The notes under the pieces are model-generated. The model saw only the letters and a list, made by a program, of their open reading frames with translations. It did no database searches and had not been told where the DNA came from. From positions 28,274-92,273 of the forward strand of contig CAWHIX010000008.1 in NCBI GenBank assembly GCA_963829545.1: a DNA stretch of 64,000 nucleotides, in the 5' to 3' direction. The position numbers were made by a program, and so were the translations under genes. Shown one piece after another: positions 30,061-40,648 of the stretch; the first letter of the stretch is position 1, and every line of letters starts with the position of its first letter. Source of the DNA: an uncultured Actinomycetes bacterium (GTDB taxonomy: Bacteria > Actinomycetota > Thermoleophilia > RBG-16-64-13).

Positions 30061-31680
30061 ATGATGAAGGTCCTGGTCAAAGAGAAGATCGCGCAGGCGG
30101 GGGTCGATCTGCTGAAGGAGCATTTCGACGTCGAGGTCAGCACGGACATGACCGACGAGGAACTCAAGCAGAAGATCGACGAATACGACGCCTTCATCGT
30201 ACGCTCGGCCACCAAGGTCACGGCCGAGATCCTGGAGGACGCCAAACGGGTCAAGATCATCGGCCGCGCCGGGGTGGGCGTGGACAACATCGATGTCAAG
30301 GCCGCCACCCAGAAGGGTATCGTGGTCGTCAACGCCCCGGGATCCAACAGCCTCTCCGTGGCCGAGCACGCTCTGGGCCTGCTGCTGGCCCAGGTCCGCG
30401 ACATCCCCAACGCCAACGCCTCCATGCACGCCGGCAAGTGGGAGAAATCGAAGTTCAAGGGCGTGGAGATCACCGACAAGACTCTGGGCATCATGGGCCT
30501 CGGCAAGATCGGGGTGCTGGTGGCGCAGCGGGCCAAGGGCCTGCGCATGGAGGTCGTCGGCTACGATCCCTACGTGTCGGTCGACCGCTTCCGGGAACTG
30601 GGCATCGAACGGGCGGAGACACCGGAGGACCTATACGGGGTCGCCGACTTCATCAGCGTCCACCTGCCCAAGACCCCCGAGACCAATGGTCTCATCTCCG
30701 ACGCCGCCTTCGAGAAGATGAAGAAGGGCGTGCGCATCATCAACACCGCCCGGGGCGGGATCGTCGATGAAGAAGCCCTGGTGCGGGCGCTTGAATCGGG
30801 CAAGGTGGCCTCGGCGGGGCTGGATGTCTTCTCCTCCGAACCCGTGCCCGCCGATTTCCCTCTGGCCAAGTTCCAGAACGTGATCATGACCCCGCACCTG
30901 GGTGCAGCTACCGCCGAGGGACAGGACCGGGCCGGCGTCATCGTCGCCGAGCAGGTCGTGGCCGGACTCAGTGGCGGGGTCGTCACGTACGCGGTCAACA
31001 TCCCCTCCATATCCAGAGAGGACATGGATGCCATAGGACCTTTCCTTCCCCTAGCCGAGATGCTGGGACAACTCCTTAGCGCCGTTTCCGACGGCCCGCT
31101 GTCCAAGGTAACCGTGCAGTATGAGGGCGAAGTGGCCGAGCACGACACGCGTCTGCTGACCCTTGCCGTGACGAAGGGCCTCGTGGCGGCCGGCTCGGAC
31201 GAGGCGGTCAACTTCGTGAATGCGCCCACCATCGCCGCCGAGCGCGGACTGCAGATCGCGGAGACCAAGGAGCGACGCTCGCTCGACTACACCAACCTCA
31301 TCTCTCTCACCACCACCGACCGGCAGGGCGAGATGACGGCGGGGGGCACAGTGTTCGGGCCCAAGAACCGGCCCCGTCTGCTCAAGATCTACCGGCACAA
31401 CATCGACATCGAACCGTCGGAGCACATGGTGTTCCTGCGCTACGACGACATCCCGGGCATGATCGGGCGGATAGGCACCATCATCGGCACCCACAAGGTG
31501 AACATCGCCTTCATGAACGTCGGCCGCAAGAAGGTGGAGGGCAAAGCCGTCATGGGTCTGGCCCTGGACGACTCGCTGCCACAGGAACTGCTCGACGAGA
31601 TCCGCGCCGTCCCCGAGGTCGACGATGTGCGGGCGGTGGAGTTGTCGCTTCCGGCGCTTCCGGCGACGGCAAGGACGTAG
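30061..31680 (+). CDS. serA: D-3-phosphoglycerate dehydrogenase (type I, ASB+ACT)
   Basis: VRSATKV, GRAGVGVDNID, GLGKIG, INTARGG, TPHLGA; C-terminal D.PGMIG.IG...NIA ACT domain. Confidence 0.95.
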   Translation: MMKVLVKEKIAQAGVDLLKEHFDVEVSTDMTDEELKQKIDEYDAFIVRSATKVTAEILEDAKRVKIIGRAGVGVDNIDVKAATQKGIVVVNAPGSNSLSVAEHALGLLLAQVRDIPNANASMHAGKWEKSKFKGVEITDKTLGIMGLGKIGVLVAQRAKGLRMEVVGYDPYVSVDRFRELGIERAETPEDLYGVADFISVHLPKTPETNGLISDAAFEKMKKGVRIINTARGGIVDEEALVRALESGKVASAGLDVFSSEPVPADFPLAKFQNVIMTPHLGAATAEGQDRAGVIVAEQVVAGLSGGVVTYAVNIPSISREDMDAIGPFLPLAEMLGQLLSAVSDGPLSKVTVQYEGEVAEHDTRLLTLAVTKGLVAAGSDEAVNFVNAPTIAAERGLQIAETKERRSLDYTNLISLTTTDRQGEMTAGGTVFGPKNRPRLLKIYRHNIDIEPSEHMVFLRYDDIPGMIGRIGTIIGTHKVNIAFMNVGRKKVEGKAVMGLALDDSLPQELLDEIRAVPEVDDVRAVELSLPALPATART

Positions 31681-31786
31681 CCGAGAGGAAGTCACCGCAG
31701 CGCTCAGCGGTCATTGAGATAGAAACGCTACGGCCGGTATCGCGAAACAGGCTCGCGCGATCGGCTGAAAGGAGGATCACAAGCGC

Positions 31787-32935
31787 ATGAAACCCAACGT
31801 CCGTCCGCAGAACCCCTGTTTCTCCTCGGGCCCCTGCGCAAAACGGCCGGGCTGGAGCACGGCCGCCATTGAATCAGCTCTCGTCGGCCGGTCACACCGG
31901 TCGAAATCGGGGAAGGCCCGCATCCAGGAGGTGCTCGACAGGTCTCGGCAGCTGCTCGGGGTGCCCGACGAATATCGCATCGGCCTCATGCCGGCTTCCG
32001 ATACCGGAGCGGTGGAGGCGGCTCTCTGGTCGCTACTCGGGCCACGCGGCGTGGATATGCTGGCCTGGGAGAGCTTCGGTCAGGGCTGGGTCACCGACGT
32101 CACCAAGCAACTCAAGCTTTCCGACGTGCGCGTGCTGGCGGCCGAGTACGGGCAGATCTCCGACCTGGCGCAGGTGGATTTCGGCCGTGACGTCGTCTTC
32201 ACCTGGAACGGCACCACCTCAGGTGTCCGTGTGCCCGATGCCGCCTGGATTCCCGAACAGCGCGAGGGCCTGGTCATCTGCGATGCCACCTCGGCGGTCT
32301 TCGCCATGGAGGTGCCCGTGGCCAAGCTCGACGTGGTGACGTATTCCTGGCAGAAGGTGCTGGGCGGCGAAGGGCAGCACGGGATGCTAATCCTCAGCCC
32401 GCGTGCCGTGGAGCGCCTGGAAAGCTATGTGCCGTCCTGGCCGATGCCCAAGATCTTCCGCATGACCAAGGGTGGCAAGCTGGCTGAGGCCATCTTCAAG
32501 GCCGACACCATCAACACTCCTTCCATGCTCTGTGTGGAGGACGCAGTGGACGGCCTCCGCTGGGCCGAGGGGATCGGCGGGCTCTCCGAACTCATCCGCC
32601 GCAGCGAGGGCAACCTGGCCGCCGTGGCCGAGTGGGTGGCCGGCACTCCCTGGGTGGAGTTCCTGGCTGAGGACCCGGCCGTCAGATCGAGCACCTCCAT
32701 CTGCCTCAAGATCGTCGACCCCTGGTTCACCGGGCTCTCGGCGGAAGAGCAGGCGGCCATCCCCAAGAAGATGGCCTCGCTGCTGGAGGCGGAGAAGGCG
32801 GCCTACGACATCGCCTCTTACCGCGACGCGCCGGCGGGTCTGCGCCTGTGGGGCGGGGCTACCGTCGCCCGCGACGACCTGGAGGCAGTGTTTCCCTGGC
32901 TCGACTGGGCCTACGCGGAGGTCAAGCAGGGGTAG
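31787..32935 (+). CDS. serC: Phosphoserine aminotransferase (Methanosarcina/alphaproteobacterial type)
   Basis: [60 protein letters not shown]. Confidence 0.95.
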   Translation: MKPNVRPQNPCFSSGPCAKRPGWSTAAIESALVGRSHRSKSGKARIQEVLDRSRQLLGVPDEYRIGLMPASDTGAVEAALWSLLGPRGVDMLAWESFGQGWVTDVTKQLKLSDVRVLAAEYGQISDLAQVDFGRDVVFTWNGTTSGVRVPDAAWIPEQREGLVICDATSAVFAMEVPVAKLDVVTYSWQKVLGGEGQHGMLILSPRAVERLESYVPSWPMPKIFRMTKGGKLAEAIFKADTINTPSMLCVEDAVDGLRWAEGIGGLSELIRRSEGNLAAVAEWVAGTPWVEFLAEDPAVRSSTSICLKIVDPWFTGLSAEEQAAIPKKMASLLEAEKAAYDIASYRDAPAGLRLWGGATVARDDLEAVFPWLDWAYAEVKQG

Positions 32936-32966
32936 AGCGTCCGCCCAAGACACGAGATGAACAGCG

Positions 32967-33031
32967 CGAAGGGCCCGGGAGACCGGGCCCTTCGTTTGGG
33001 CGCCGCCGGCCCATCGGGCCGGCGGCGCCCA
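32967..33031. terminator. Two adjacent hairpins between convergent serC and the sensor gene
   Basis: CGAAGGGCCCGG-GAGA-CCGGGCCCTTCG-TT, then TGGGCGCCGCCGGCCC-ATC-GGGCCGGCGGCGCCCA. Confidence 0.8.
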
Positions 33032-33050
33032 GCTCGTATGTCTGACGACC

Positions 33051-34130
33051 CTACCTGGCCAACCTCACCAGCATCGCCTTGGCGAAGGCGGCGTGTCCGC
33101 GTCCGATCCACTTGACGACGTGCAGCCAGGCGATCAGGACCACGGCGCCGGCGATCACGGCAAGCGGGGTCGCCCACAGCGGAAACCACCACTCGTAGGT
33201 GACGCTCTCGTAGACGAAGCTGTAATCACTCACCCAGATCCAGAAGGGCGTCGTGATCAGGCCGAGGCTCAGGGCCAGGCCGGTCACGGCGATAGTGAAG
33301 TAGATGATGCCCAGGGGAAGCATGAGGATCATGTAGGCCATGGAAGCCCAGGTCCGGCCGTCCTTCACCCAGAACAGCATCCGTTTCAGGAAACCCGCAT
33401 CAGGGGGTTCGGCCCGCGGACGGCGGGGCATCCGAGTGCCCAGAAGCACCTCCACCAGCCGTCCTTCGAACAGCGCCATGCCGCGAACGATACCCAGCAC
33501 GAGAAGCAGCAGAGGGATACCGATCACCAGTATCAAGAGCCCCGCGGCGGTCGAGACCCCGGTGACGACGATCGTGAAGTACGCGACTCCGGTGGCCAGG
33601 GAAATGAGCATGTAGAGAAGCGCCTTGTAGACACGCGGGTCGACGAAGACTCCGAAGATCTGCCGCCAGGGGCTCGGCGTGGTGCCGGCCGTGGCGACGG
33701 CCATGCCGGCTTGGACGCCGGCGGGCGCCGGAGGAATCGGGGTCTCGACTGGGACGGGTGACCAGGCTGAGTCTGGCAGCGGGCCCCCGGCGGCGGCTGG
33801 AGCGTCACCGGCAGCTTGACCGGGAGTTGCGCCCAGGGTCGCCCCAGCGGTCGGCGTTGTGAGGGTCGCCGAAACGCCGCCCGGTGCCGGGCCGGGCGCA
33901 GAGGGCGCCGGCGCCGCAGCTGCGCGTTCGGTAGCCGTCCCCAGATAGGCCGCCGCCACTTCCTCGGGGGCGCCGTAGCGCTCCACCACTTCCGCCCAAT
34001 CGGCCCCTGCGGCCAACTCGGCCTGCAGGTACTCCTCGGCGTCGAAGACGGCATCCTGCACCAGAGCTCGGTCCGCTCCGGACAGCGCGGCTTGCAGATC
34101 CCTGAGATAGCTGTCTATGTCGCTAGCCAC
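33051..34130 (-). CDS. Membrane protein with N-terminal HAAS-like domain and putative sensor domain
   Basis: YL..L..AL......DA..DAEE.L and YG.PEEVA; Pro/Ala linker; TM region with E..L...LLG; overlaps the padR stop. Confidence 0.8.
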   Translation of the reverse strand: MASDIDSYLRDLQAALSGADRALVQDAVFDAEEYLQAELAAGADWAEVVERYGAPEEVAAAYLGTATERAAAAPAPSAPGPAPGGVSATLTTPTAGATLGATPGQAAGDAPAAAGGPLPDSAWSPVPVETPIPPAPAGVQAGMAVATAGTTPSPWRQIFGVFVDPRVYKALLYMLISLATGVAYFTIVVTGVSTAAGLLILVIGIPLLLLVLGIVRGMALFEGRLVEVLLGTRMPRRPRAEPPDAGFLKRMLFWVKDGRTWASMAYMILMLPLGIIYFTIAVTGLALSLGLITTPFWIWVSDYSFVYESVTYEWWFPLWATPLAVIAGAVVLIAWLHVVKWIGRGHAAFAKAMLVRLAR

Positions 34131-34527
34131 GATGGCCCTCCAGAATGGCGTCGATGAATGCTCGAGTGCGGGTCCAGGATGCCTGCCACAGGACGATCGC
34201 CTGTCTGCCGTCCTCGGTGACACGATAGTAGCGGCGGGGCGGTCCGGTCACGGAGGGCTCGACCTCGCTCGACAGCAGGCCCCCGGCTTCGAGCGACCGC
34301 AGCACGGGGTAGAGGGTGCCTTGCTTCACCGGCATGCCCTCTCCGAAGCCCTCCAACTCCTTGGCGATCTGGTACCCGTAGAGGGGCTCGTCCGCGTGAG
34401 CCAGAAGCGCCAGCAGGGCGAGCGAGACGATGCCCGAGCTCAGCTCCTTCTGGAACTTGCGCACGCTCGCGGAGACGGCCTCGGAGGCGTCCGCGGGCGG
34501 TTGAGGTGTGGGTGATGTCGGTGTCAT
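34123..34527 (-). CDS. PadR family transcriptional regulator
   Basis: YGYQIAK, GTLYPVLRSLE, GPPRRYY.VT..G. Confidence 0.93.
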   Translation of the reverse strand: MTPTSPTPQPPADASEAVSASVRKFQKELSSGIVSLALLALLAHADEPLYGYQIAKELEGFGEGMPVKQGTLYPVLRSLEAGGLLSSEVEPSVTGPPRRYYRVTEDGRQAIVLWQASWTRTRAFIDAILEGHRG

Positions 34528-34607
34528 GCAGTCTCGCCTCCGCTGCCTCATCGAGGAGGGCGCCGCCCGCGAGCGGCGCGGCCCCCAACTCCTCTGCTGT
34601 TAAGCAC

Positions 34608-34637
34608 ATTATAGGATGAACTTAGTAATAGTCAAGT
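34608..34637 (-). promoter_or_regulatory. padR promoter; shares a 20-bp core with the promoter at 35964
   Basis: TTGACT-16nt-TATAAT on the minus strand. Confidence 0.8.
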
Positions 34638-34727
34638 GGCGGCCTTACGGGCGGAGCCATCGAGCAGGTCAGGCCGTGCGGCGTGGCCTGAACGCGAGAG
34701 GAAGTTGAACAAAGAAAATTAATGTGG

Positions 34728-34778
34728 CTCTTGACTTTCTGAATCTAAGACACGATACTGGTTGCAGGAAGTCAAGAG
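34728..34778 (+). promoter_or_regulatory. Promoter of the DUF2089 operon bracketed by a 10-bp inverted repeat
   Basis: TTGACT-17nt-GATACT; CTCTTGACTT (34728-34737) and AAGTCAAGAG (34769-34778). Confidence 0.65.
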
Positions 34779-34789
34779 AAGGGAGTCAC

Positions 34790-35149
34790 ATGGCTCAGTG
34801 GAATGAACTGACCGATCTGCTAGGAGATCGTCCTTTCGTGATCACCGCCGTGCGCCTGACGACCGGCGACATCACCATCAAGGGGGAATTCGAACTCCCA
34901 CCGCTGGCCGGTCTCCGCTATGAGGACCAAGTGTTCGTGAGCGAGTTCGTGCGCTGTCATGGGTCGATCAAGTACATGGAAAAGGCCTTCGGGATCAGCT
35001 ACCCGACGGTCAAGAACAGGCTGAACCGCATCGTGCAGCAGATGCAGTTGGTGGAAGTCGAGCATGTTTCCGCGCGCGACGAAGTCTTCGATCTGCTCGA
35101 GCGGGGCGAGATCTCGGTGGAGGAGGCAACGGAAAGGCTGGAGCGATGA
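34790..35149 (+). CDS. DUF2089 family HTH protein
   Basis: I.GEFELP.LA.L..EDQ.F...F....GSIK.ME..FGISYPTVKNRL; SHOCT-like LERGEISVEEA. Confidence 0.88.
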   Translation: MAQWNELTDLLGDRPFVITAVRLTTGDITIKGEFELPPLAGLRYEDQVFVSEFVRCHGSIKYMEKAFGISYPTVKNRLNRIVQQMQLVEVEHVSARDEVFDLLERGEISVEEATERLER

Positions 35150-35437
35150 AGATGCCCGCCGTACGTGGTCTCGATGCGTATCGAGGAGGAGGAACGCACC
35201 AGGTTCCGTCTCTGGTTCCCTCTGTTCATCCTGTGGCCGCTGGTCCTGGCTCTCTTGCTGCTGACCCTCGTGATCACCTTGCTCGTGGACCTGGCGAGCC
35301 TGATGTCCCGGGGCAGCCCGCGCTACACGCGCTTCGCCCTCGGCTGTATGGGAGTGATAGGCGAGACTCGGGGCACCGAGGTCTTCGTCCAGGAGAGACG
35401 CAACAGAAACCGCACCGTCGCCCTGACGGTGCGCTGA
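35146..35437 (+). CDS. Small membrane hypothetical protein (indel ~35157)
   Basis: RFRLWFPLFILWP; coupled to the upstream gene by ATGA. Confidence 0.7.
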
Positions 35438-35453
35438 CGAAAAGGAGAACATC

Positions 35454-35888
35454 GTGAGTGCTGATCGGACTCGTATCCTCGACCTTCTGGCCGCCGGCAA
35501 GGTGACCGCGGAGGAGGCCTCTCGCCTGCTGGACGCTCTCGACTCGGTGGCCGCCAAACCGGCGGAACCGGACCAGCCGACGAAGGAGGCCAGTGCCACT
35601 CCCGCGGGTCTGCCCAAGTTCATCTACGTGAAGGTGGTCAGCGAGAAAGGCGACAACGTCAACGTCAAGATCCCTCTCAGCCTGGTGAGAGCCGGCCTCA
35701 AGCTGACCTCGTTCATCCCTCAGCCGGCCATGGAGCAGATAAACAAGTCCATGGGGGAACACGGGCTGTCCATGGATCTCCTCAACTTCAAGGCCGAGGA
35801 TCTGGAGGAACTGATCGCGGCCCTGCGCGAGACGGAGGTCAACGTGGATGCGGCCAACGGGGACAACGTGCGCGTCTACGCCGCTTAA
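35454..35888 (+). CDS. SHOCT-like (YvlB/LiaX-type N-terminus) hypothetical protein
   Basis: RILDLLAAGKVTAEEASRLLDAL; VNVKIPLSLVRAG. Confidence 0.82.
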   Translation: MSADRTRILDLLAAGKVTAEEASRLLDALDSVAAKPAEPDQPTKEASATPAGLPKFIYVKVVSEKGDNVNVKIPLSLVRAGLKLTSFIPQPAMEQINKSMGEHGLSMDLLNFKAEDLEELIAALRETEVNVDAANGDNVRVYAA

Positions 35889-35901
35889 GCGGCGTAGACG
35901 C
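35872..35901. repeat. Perfect 30-bp palindrome centred on the TTAA containing the stop codon
   Basis: GCGTCTACGCCGCTTAAGCGGCGTAGACGC. Confidence 0.85.
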
Positions 35902-35963
35902 CCCGACCGACTGCCCACCTCCAAGCCGCGCCAGACACTCCAAGAGGGCAGAGTCGAGTCGTG

Positions 35964-35994
35964 ACTTGACTATTACTAAGTTCGTAGTATAGTC
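35964..35994 (+). promoter_or_regulatory. Promoter/operator of the MacB-type ABC operon
   Basis: TTGACT-16nt-TATAGT; TACTA-N6-TAGTA inverted repeat; 20 bp identical to the padR promoter. Confidence 0.8.
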
Positions 35995-36070
35995 GAGTTG
36001 AGAACAAGACTAGTCTAGGAACACTGCTAGCTGCGAGTATGCGCGCGACACGTGACGAGAGGGGATCAAC

Positions 36071-37232
<1,162 letters not shown>

Positions 37233-37247
37233 GAGAGAACGAGCACG

Positions 37248-38111
37248 ATGCGACAAGCACCATCTCCCGCGACGAGACCGAGGAGGGCGTGAGAACCCGC
37301 AGATCCGCGCACGCCGGTGACCAAGCCTACATCGACGAGATCTTGGACAGCTGCTGGAGCACCGATCCCGAGACTCCGCGGCGACCGAAGCTCCTCGCCG
37401 AGGCGCGCGGTGAAGACGGTCATCCGCGGGCATGGGTATCCACAAGCGCTACGTGATGAGCGAGGACAACTTCGTCGACGCGCTTCAGGACGCCTCTCTC
37501 GAGATCCGGGAAGGGCGAGATGGTGGCCATCATGGGTCCGTCGGGCTCCGGCAAGTCCACCCTGCTTCACATCCTCGGCTGCCTGGATTCGCTCGACTCC
37601 GGCGAAGTGTGGCTCGACGGCCGCCGGGTGGACAGACCTAAGCCGCCGCGATCTTGCCCAGCTGCGGCGCGAACGAGGTGGGCTTCATCTTCCAGACCTT
37701 CAACCTCGTGCCGAGCTATACGGCTCTCGAGAACGTCATGCTGGCGGCCGAGTATGCCGGCAAGGGCAGGCGCGAAGCCCGCGAAGCGGCGAGGAGCGCT
37801 CTGGCCCAGGTGGGACTGGCCGACCGGGAGGACCACCGGCCCACCGAGCTCTCCGGCGGTCAGCAGCAGCGGGTGGCCATCGCCCGTGCCCTGGTCAACG
37901 GCCCCAAGGTCATCTTCGGAGACGAGCCCACCGGTAACCTCGATTCGGCCAGCCTCCGGCCGAGATCGTCGCAGATGATGCACCGAGATCAACCGCGACA
38001 CAGGCACGACCTTCGTCCTGGTGACCCACGATGCGGGCGTAGCCGGCGACCTGCGACCGGGTCTTCCAGATGCTGGACGGGCGGGTGACCAACGGTCATC
38101 GTCAGGAGTGA
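37248..38111 (+). CDS. LolD/MacB-type ABC ATP-binding protein (several indels)
   Basis: [43 protein letters not shown] and VTHD across frames. Confidence 0.85.
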
Positions 38112-38160
38112 GGTGAGAGGGAGATCGCGGCGTCGCTGTGGGAGGGCCGGTGACCCTTCT

Positions 38161-39153
38161 TCACGCTCGTACGCGGAGCAGCCGGGGCAGCACCTCTATC
38201 TCCAGAGGGAGCGAACCGAGGGCCTCTCCGTCGACGTCGAGCAGAAAGCCGCGAGAGGCCCGCTCGTCGTCCAGCGACAACTCGATCTTGCGGCACGGGA
38301 AGTGGTGCACGGTCGGCTCCTCCAGGTGGCGCCCCGCATAGACCCCGCGCACCCGGTTGGCCAGGTAGGGCTTGCTGCGGGCAGTCACGGTGATGACTTC
38401 CAGGCGGTCGTCGTCGGGCAAGGCCATGGGGGCCACATCCATCCCGCCGCCGAACCAGCGACCGTTGCAGACGGCCACGAGGTAGGCGGGGATGACCTCT
38501 TCCCGGGTCTGGTCGAGCCACGTGATCCGCGCTCGCACGGGCTGTTCGCGGCTGACGGCCACCGCCTGGAGCGAGGCCAGGAAGTAGCCGGCGCGGCCGC
38601 CCAAGAAGGTGGGCATGCTCTCGATGTAGCGGTCGACCAGCCCACCGAGCCCGGCCGAGAGGACGTTCACGAAGTACTGCTCGGTGCGTGTGCCCTCTCG
38701 GTCGTGGAAGCGGGCCCTTCCCACGTCCACCAGCCGCTCCCTTCCCAGGGCCAGCGCCGCCAGGCACTCCTCTACGCCAACGCCGATGCCCAGGGAGCGT
38801 CGGAAATCGCCCCCGGTGCCCAGATTGATGATGCCTACCGCCACGTCCGGCGCGGCCGGCCCGGGGTCTGGGTCTGGGAGCGTCTCCGCGTGTCCCTGCG
38901 CTCCGGTCCGGGAGGCCTCCAGCACCCCGTTCGCCACTTCGCTCAGGGTCCCGTCACCGCCGACGGCCACCACGAGGGAGAAACCCTCCTCGACTCCCTG
39001 GCGGGCCAGTTCACGAGCGTGCCCTCGCCTGGCGGTGAAGCGGATGACGACATCTCCCAGCACTTCCTCGACCCGCTCCAGGGCGACCGGGATGCCGCGC
39101 GCGATACGCCGCGAGCCGCAGGCCGGGTTGACGATGAGGAGAGGTGGCTTCAC
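38161..39153 (-). CDS. Diacylglycerol/lipid kinase family protein
   Basis: IVNP, GGDGTLSEVANG, GTGGDF, NGRWFGGGM, DGE. Confidence 0.92.
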   Translation of the reverse strand: MKPPLLIVNPACGSRRIARGIPVALERVEEVLGDVVIRFTARRGHARELARQGVEEGFSLVVAVGGDGTLSEVANGVLEASRTGAQGHAETLPDPDPGPAAPDVAVGIINLGTGGDFRRSLGIGVGVEECLAALALGRERLVDVGRARFHDREGTRTEQYFVNVLSAGLGGLVDRYIESMPTFLGGRAGYFLASLQAVAVSREQPVRARITWLDQTREEVIPAYLVAVCNGRWFGGGMDVAPMALPDDDRLEVITVTARSKPYLANRVRGVYAGRHLEEPTVHHFPCRKIELSLDDERASRGFLLDVDGEALGSLPLEIEVLPRLLRVRA

Positions 39154-39252
39154 GTGCTCAGGCTACCACCGACGGGCAGTTGTCTTCAGGAGTGGCCTGG
39201 GCTGTGAAGCCGCCCGCGCGCTGTCGCATCGGCGGGGTGACGGGTAGTATGA

Positions 39253-40609
39253 GTGGAAGCAAGCGGGGAGCAGGACAAGAGGGGTGGCGACACCCGTGAC
39301 GGGGCGACCACAGAAGGCGGTGACGTGAGCGGAGGTGATGCGACTGTGACCCATCAGGGCGAGAATGCCTCTGCTGGCCCGCTGGTGCGCGTCGGCCCCC
39401 GGCGCCCGGCGAGAAGGAAGGTCGTCCTGGTGATCCTCGCGGGGGTGCTCCTGCAGGTGGTCATCTTCTGGGGTCTGAGCCTCTTGGATTCTCCCCGCTA
39501 CTACCTGGGGATACCCGGGCCTGCCGCGACGCTCGTCGGCATCGGAGCGGCTCTTGCCGCCGGTCCTCTCGCCGGGGTCATCGTCGCGCTGGCGGGAGGG
39601 ATCGCCTACATCGTCCTTCTGACGGACTTCGGGCAGGCGGTCGTCTGGCCGACGATCATCATCTCCATCTTGCTCTGGACCGTTGCGTCGGTACTTGCGG
39701 CTCTCGTGGCGGACCGAGTGCGAGAGGAGGCGGCAATTCGAGAGATGGGCCTTTCGCAGGCGGTCGCAGACCGTGACAAGCTCATGGTCTCTCTCCGGTC
39801 CAGCGAGGCGAAACAGCGCGAGGCGGCCGAGGAGAACGCCCGGCTCTACAGGACCCAGCAGGAGATAGCGGAGACCCTCCAACTTGCCTTTCTCCACATC
39901 CCCTCACAGATCGGCCGAGTCCGGTTCGGGCACCTGTACCGCTCCGCCACCGAATCGGCGCTCGTCGGGGGCGACTTCTACGACGTGTTCGCGGTGAGGG
40001 ACTCCAAGATCGTCGTGCTCATCGGCGATGTCGCCGGTCATGGCATCAGCGCGGCGCGCACCGCGACCCTCGTGAAGGACGTGGTTCACGCCTTCGCTCA
40101 CGATCAGCGCGAACCCGAGGAGGTACTGCAGAGCACCAACAAACTGCTCGTTGAGAAGGAGCTGAAGGGTTTTGTGAGCCTGTTTCTCGGCGTCCTCGAT
40201 AGCGACACAGGGCGGTTCTGCTTCGTCTCTGCCGGGCATCCCGGCACCTTCCTCAGACGCCGCTCCGGCGAGGTGGAGACGGTCGGTGCACCTGCGCCTC
40301 CCCTGGGTGTGTTTCCCGATGCCACCTGGCGGCAGGCGGAGGTCGGTCTCCAGGAGGATGACGTGCTCCTCCTCTACACGGACGGCCTGATCGAGGCGCG
40401 CCGGGGCGACGAGTTCTTTGGCGAGTCCGGGCTGCGCGCTCTCCTCGCCGGAGGAGTAGACGGCCGTCGAGCAACTGCCCCAGGTCATCCTCGATGAAGT
40501 CCTTTCCTTCTCGGGCGGCTCCCTGAAGGACGATGTCGCCATCCTCGCGGTCTCCCTTGGTATCCGAGCGGCAGGCTGTGGCGCCGCGCATTCCCTGAGC
40601 GTACACTGA
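39253..40609 (+). CDS. Membrane-bound PP2C/SpoIIE-type serine phosphatase (indel ~40460; start uncertain)
   Basis: VGGDFYD, IGDVAGHG, AGHP, YTDGLIE; final DDVA in a shifted frame. Confidence 0.88.
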
Positions 40610-40648
40610 TAGTAGTGTCGCCAAGCAGCCGGGAGCGGGCGGGGGCTA

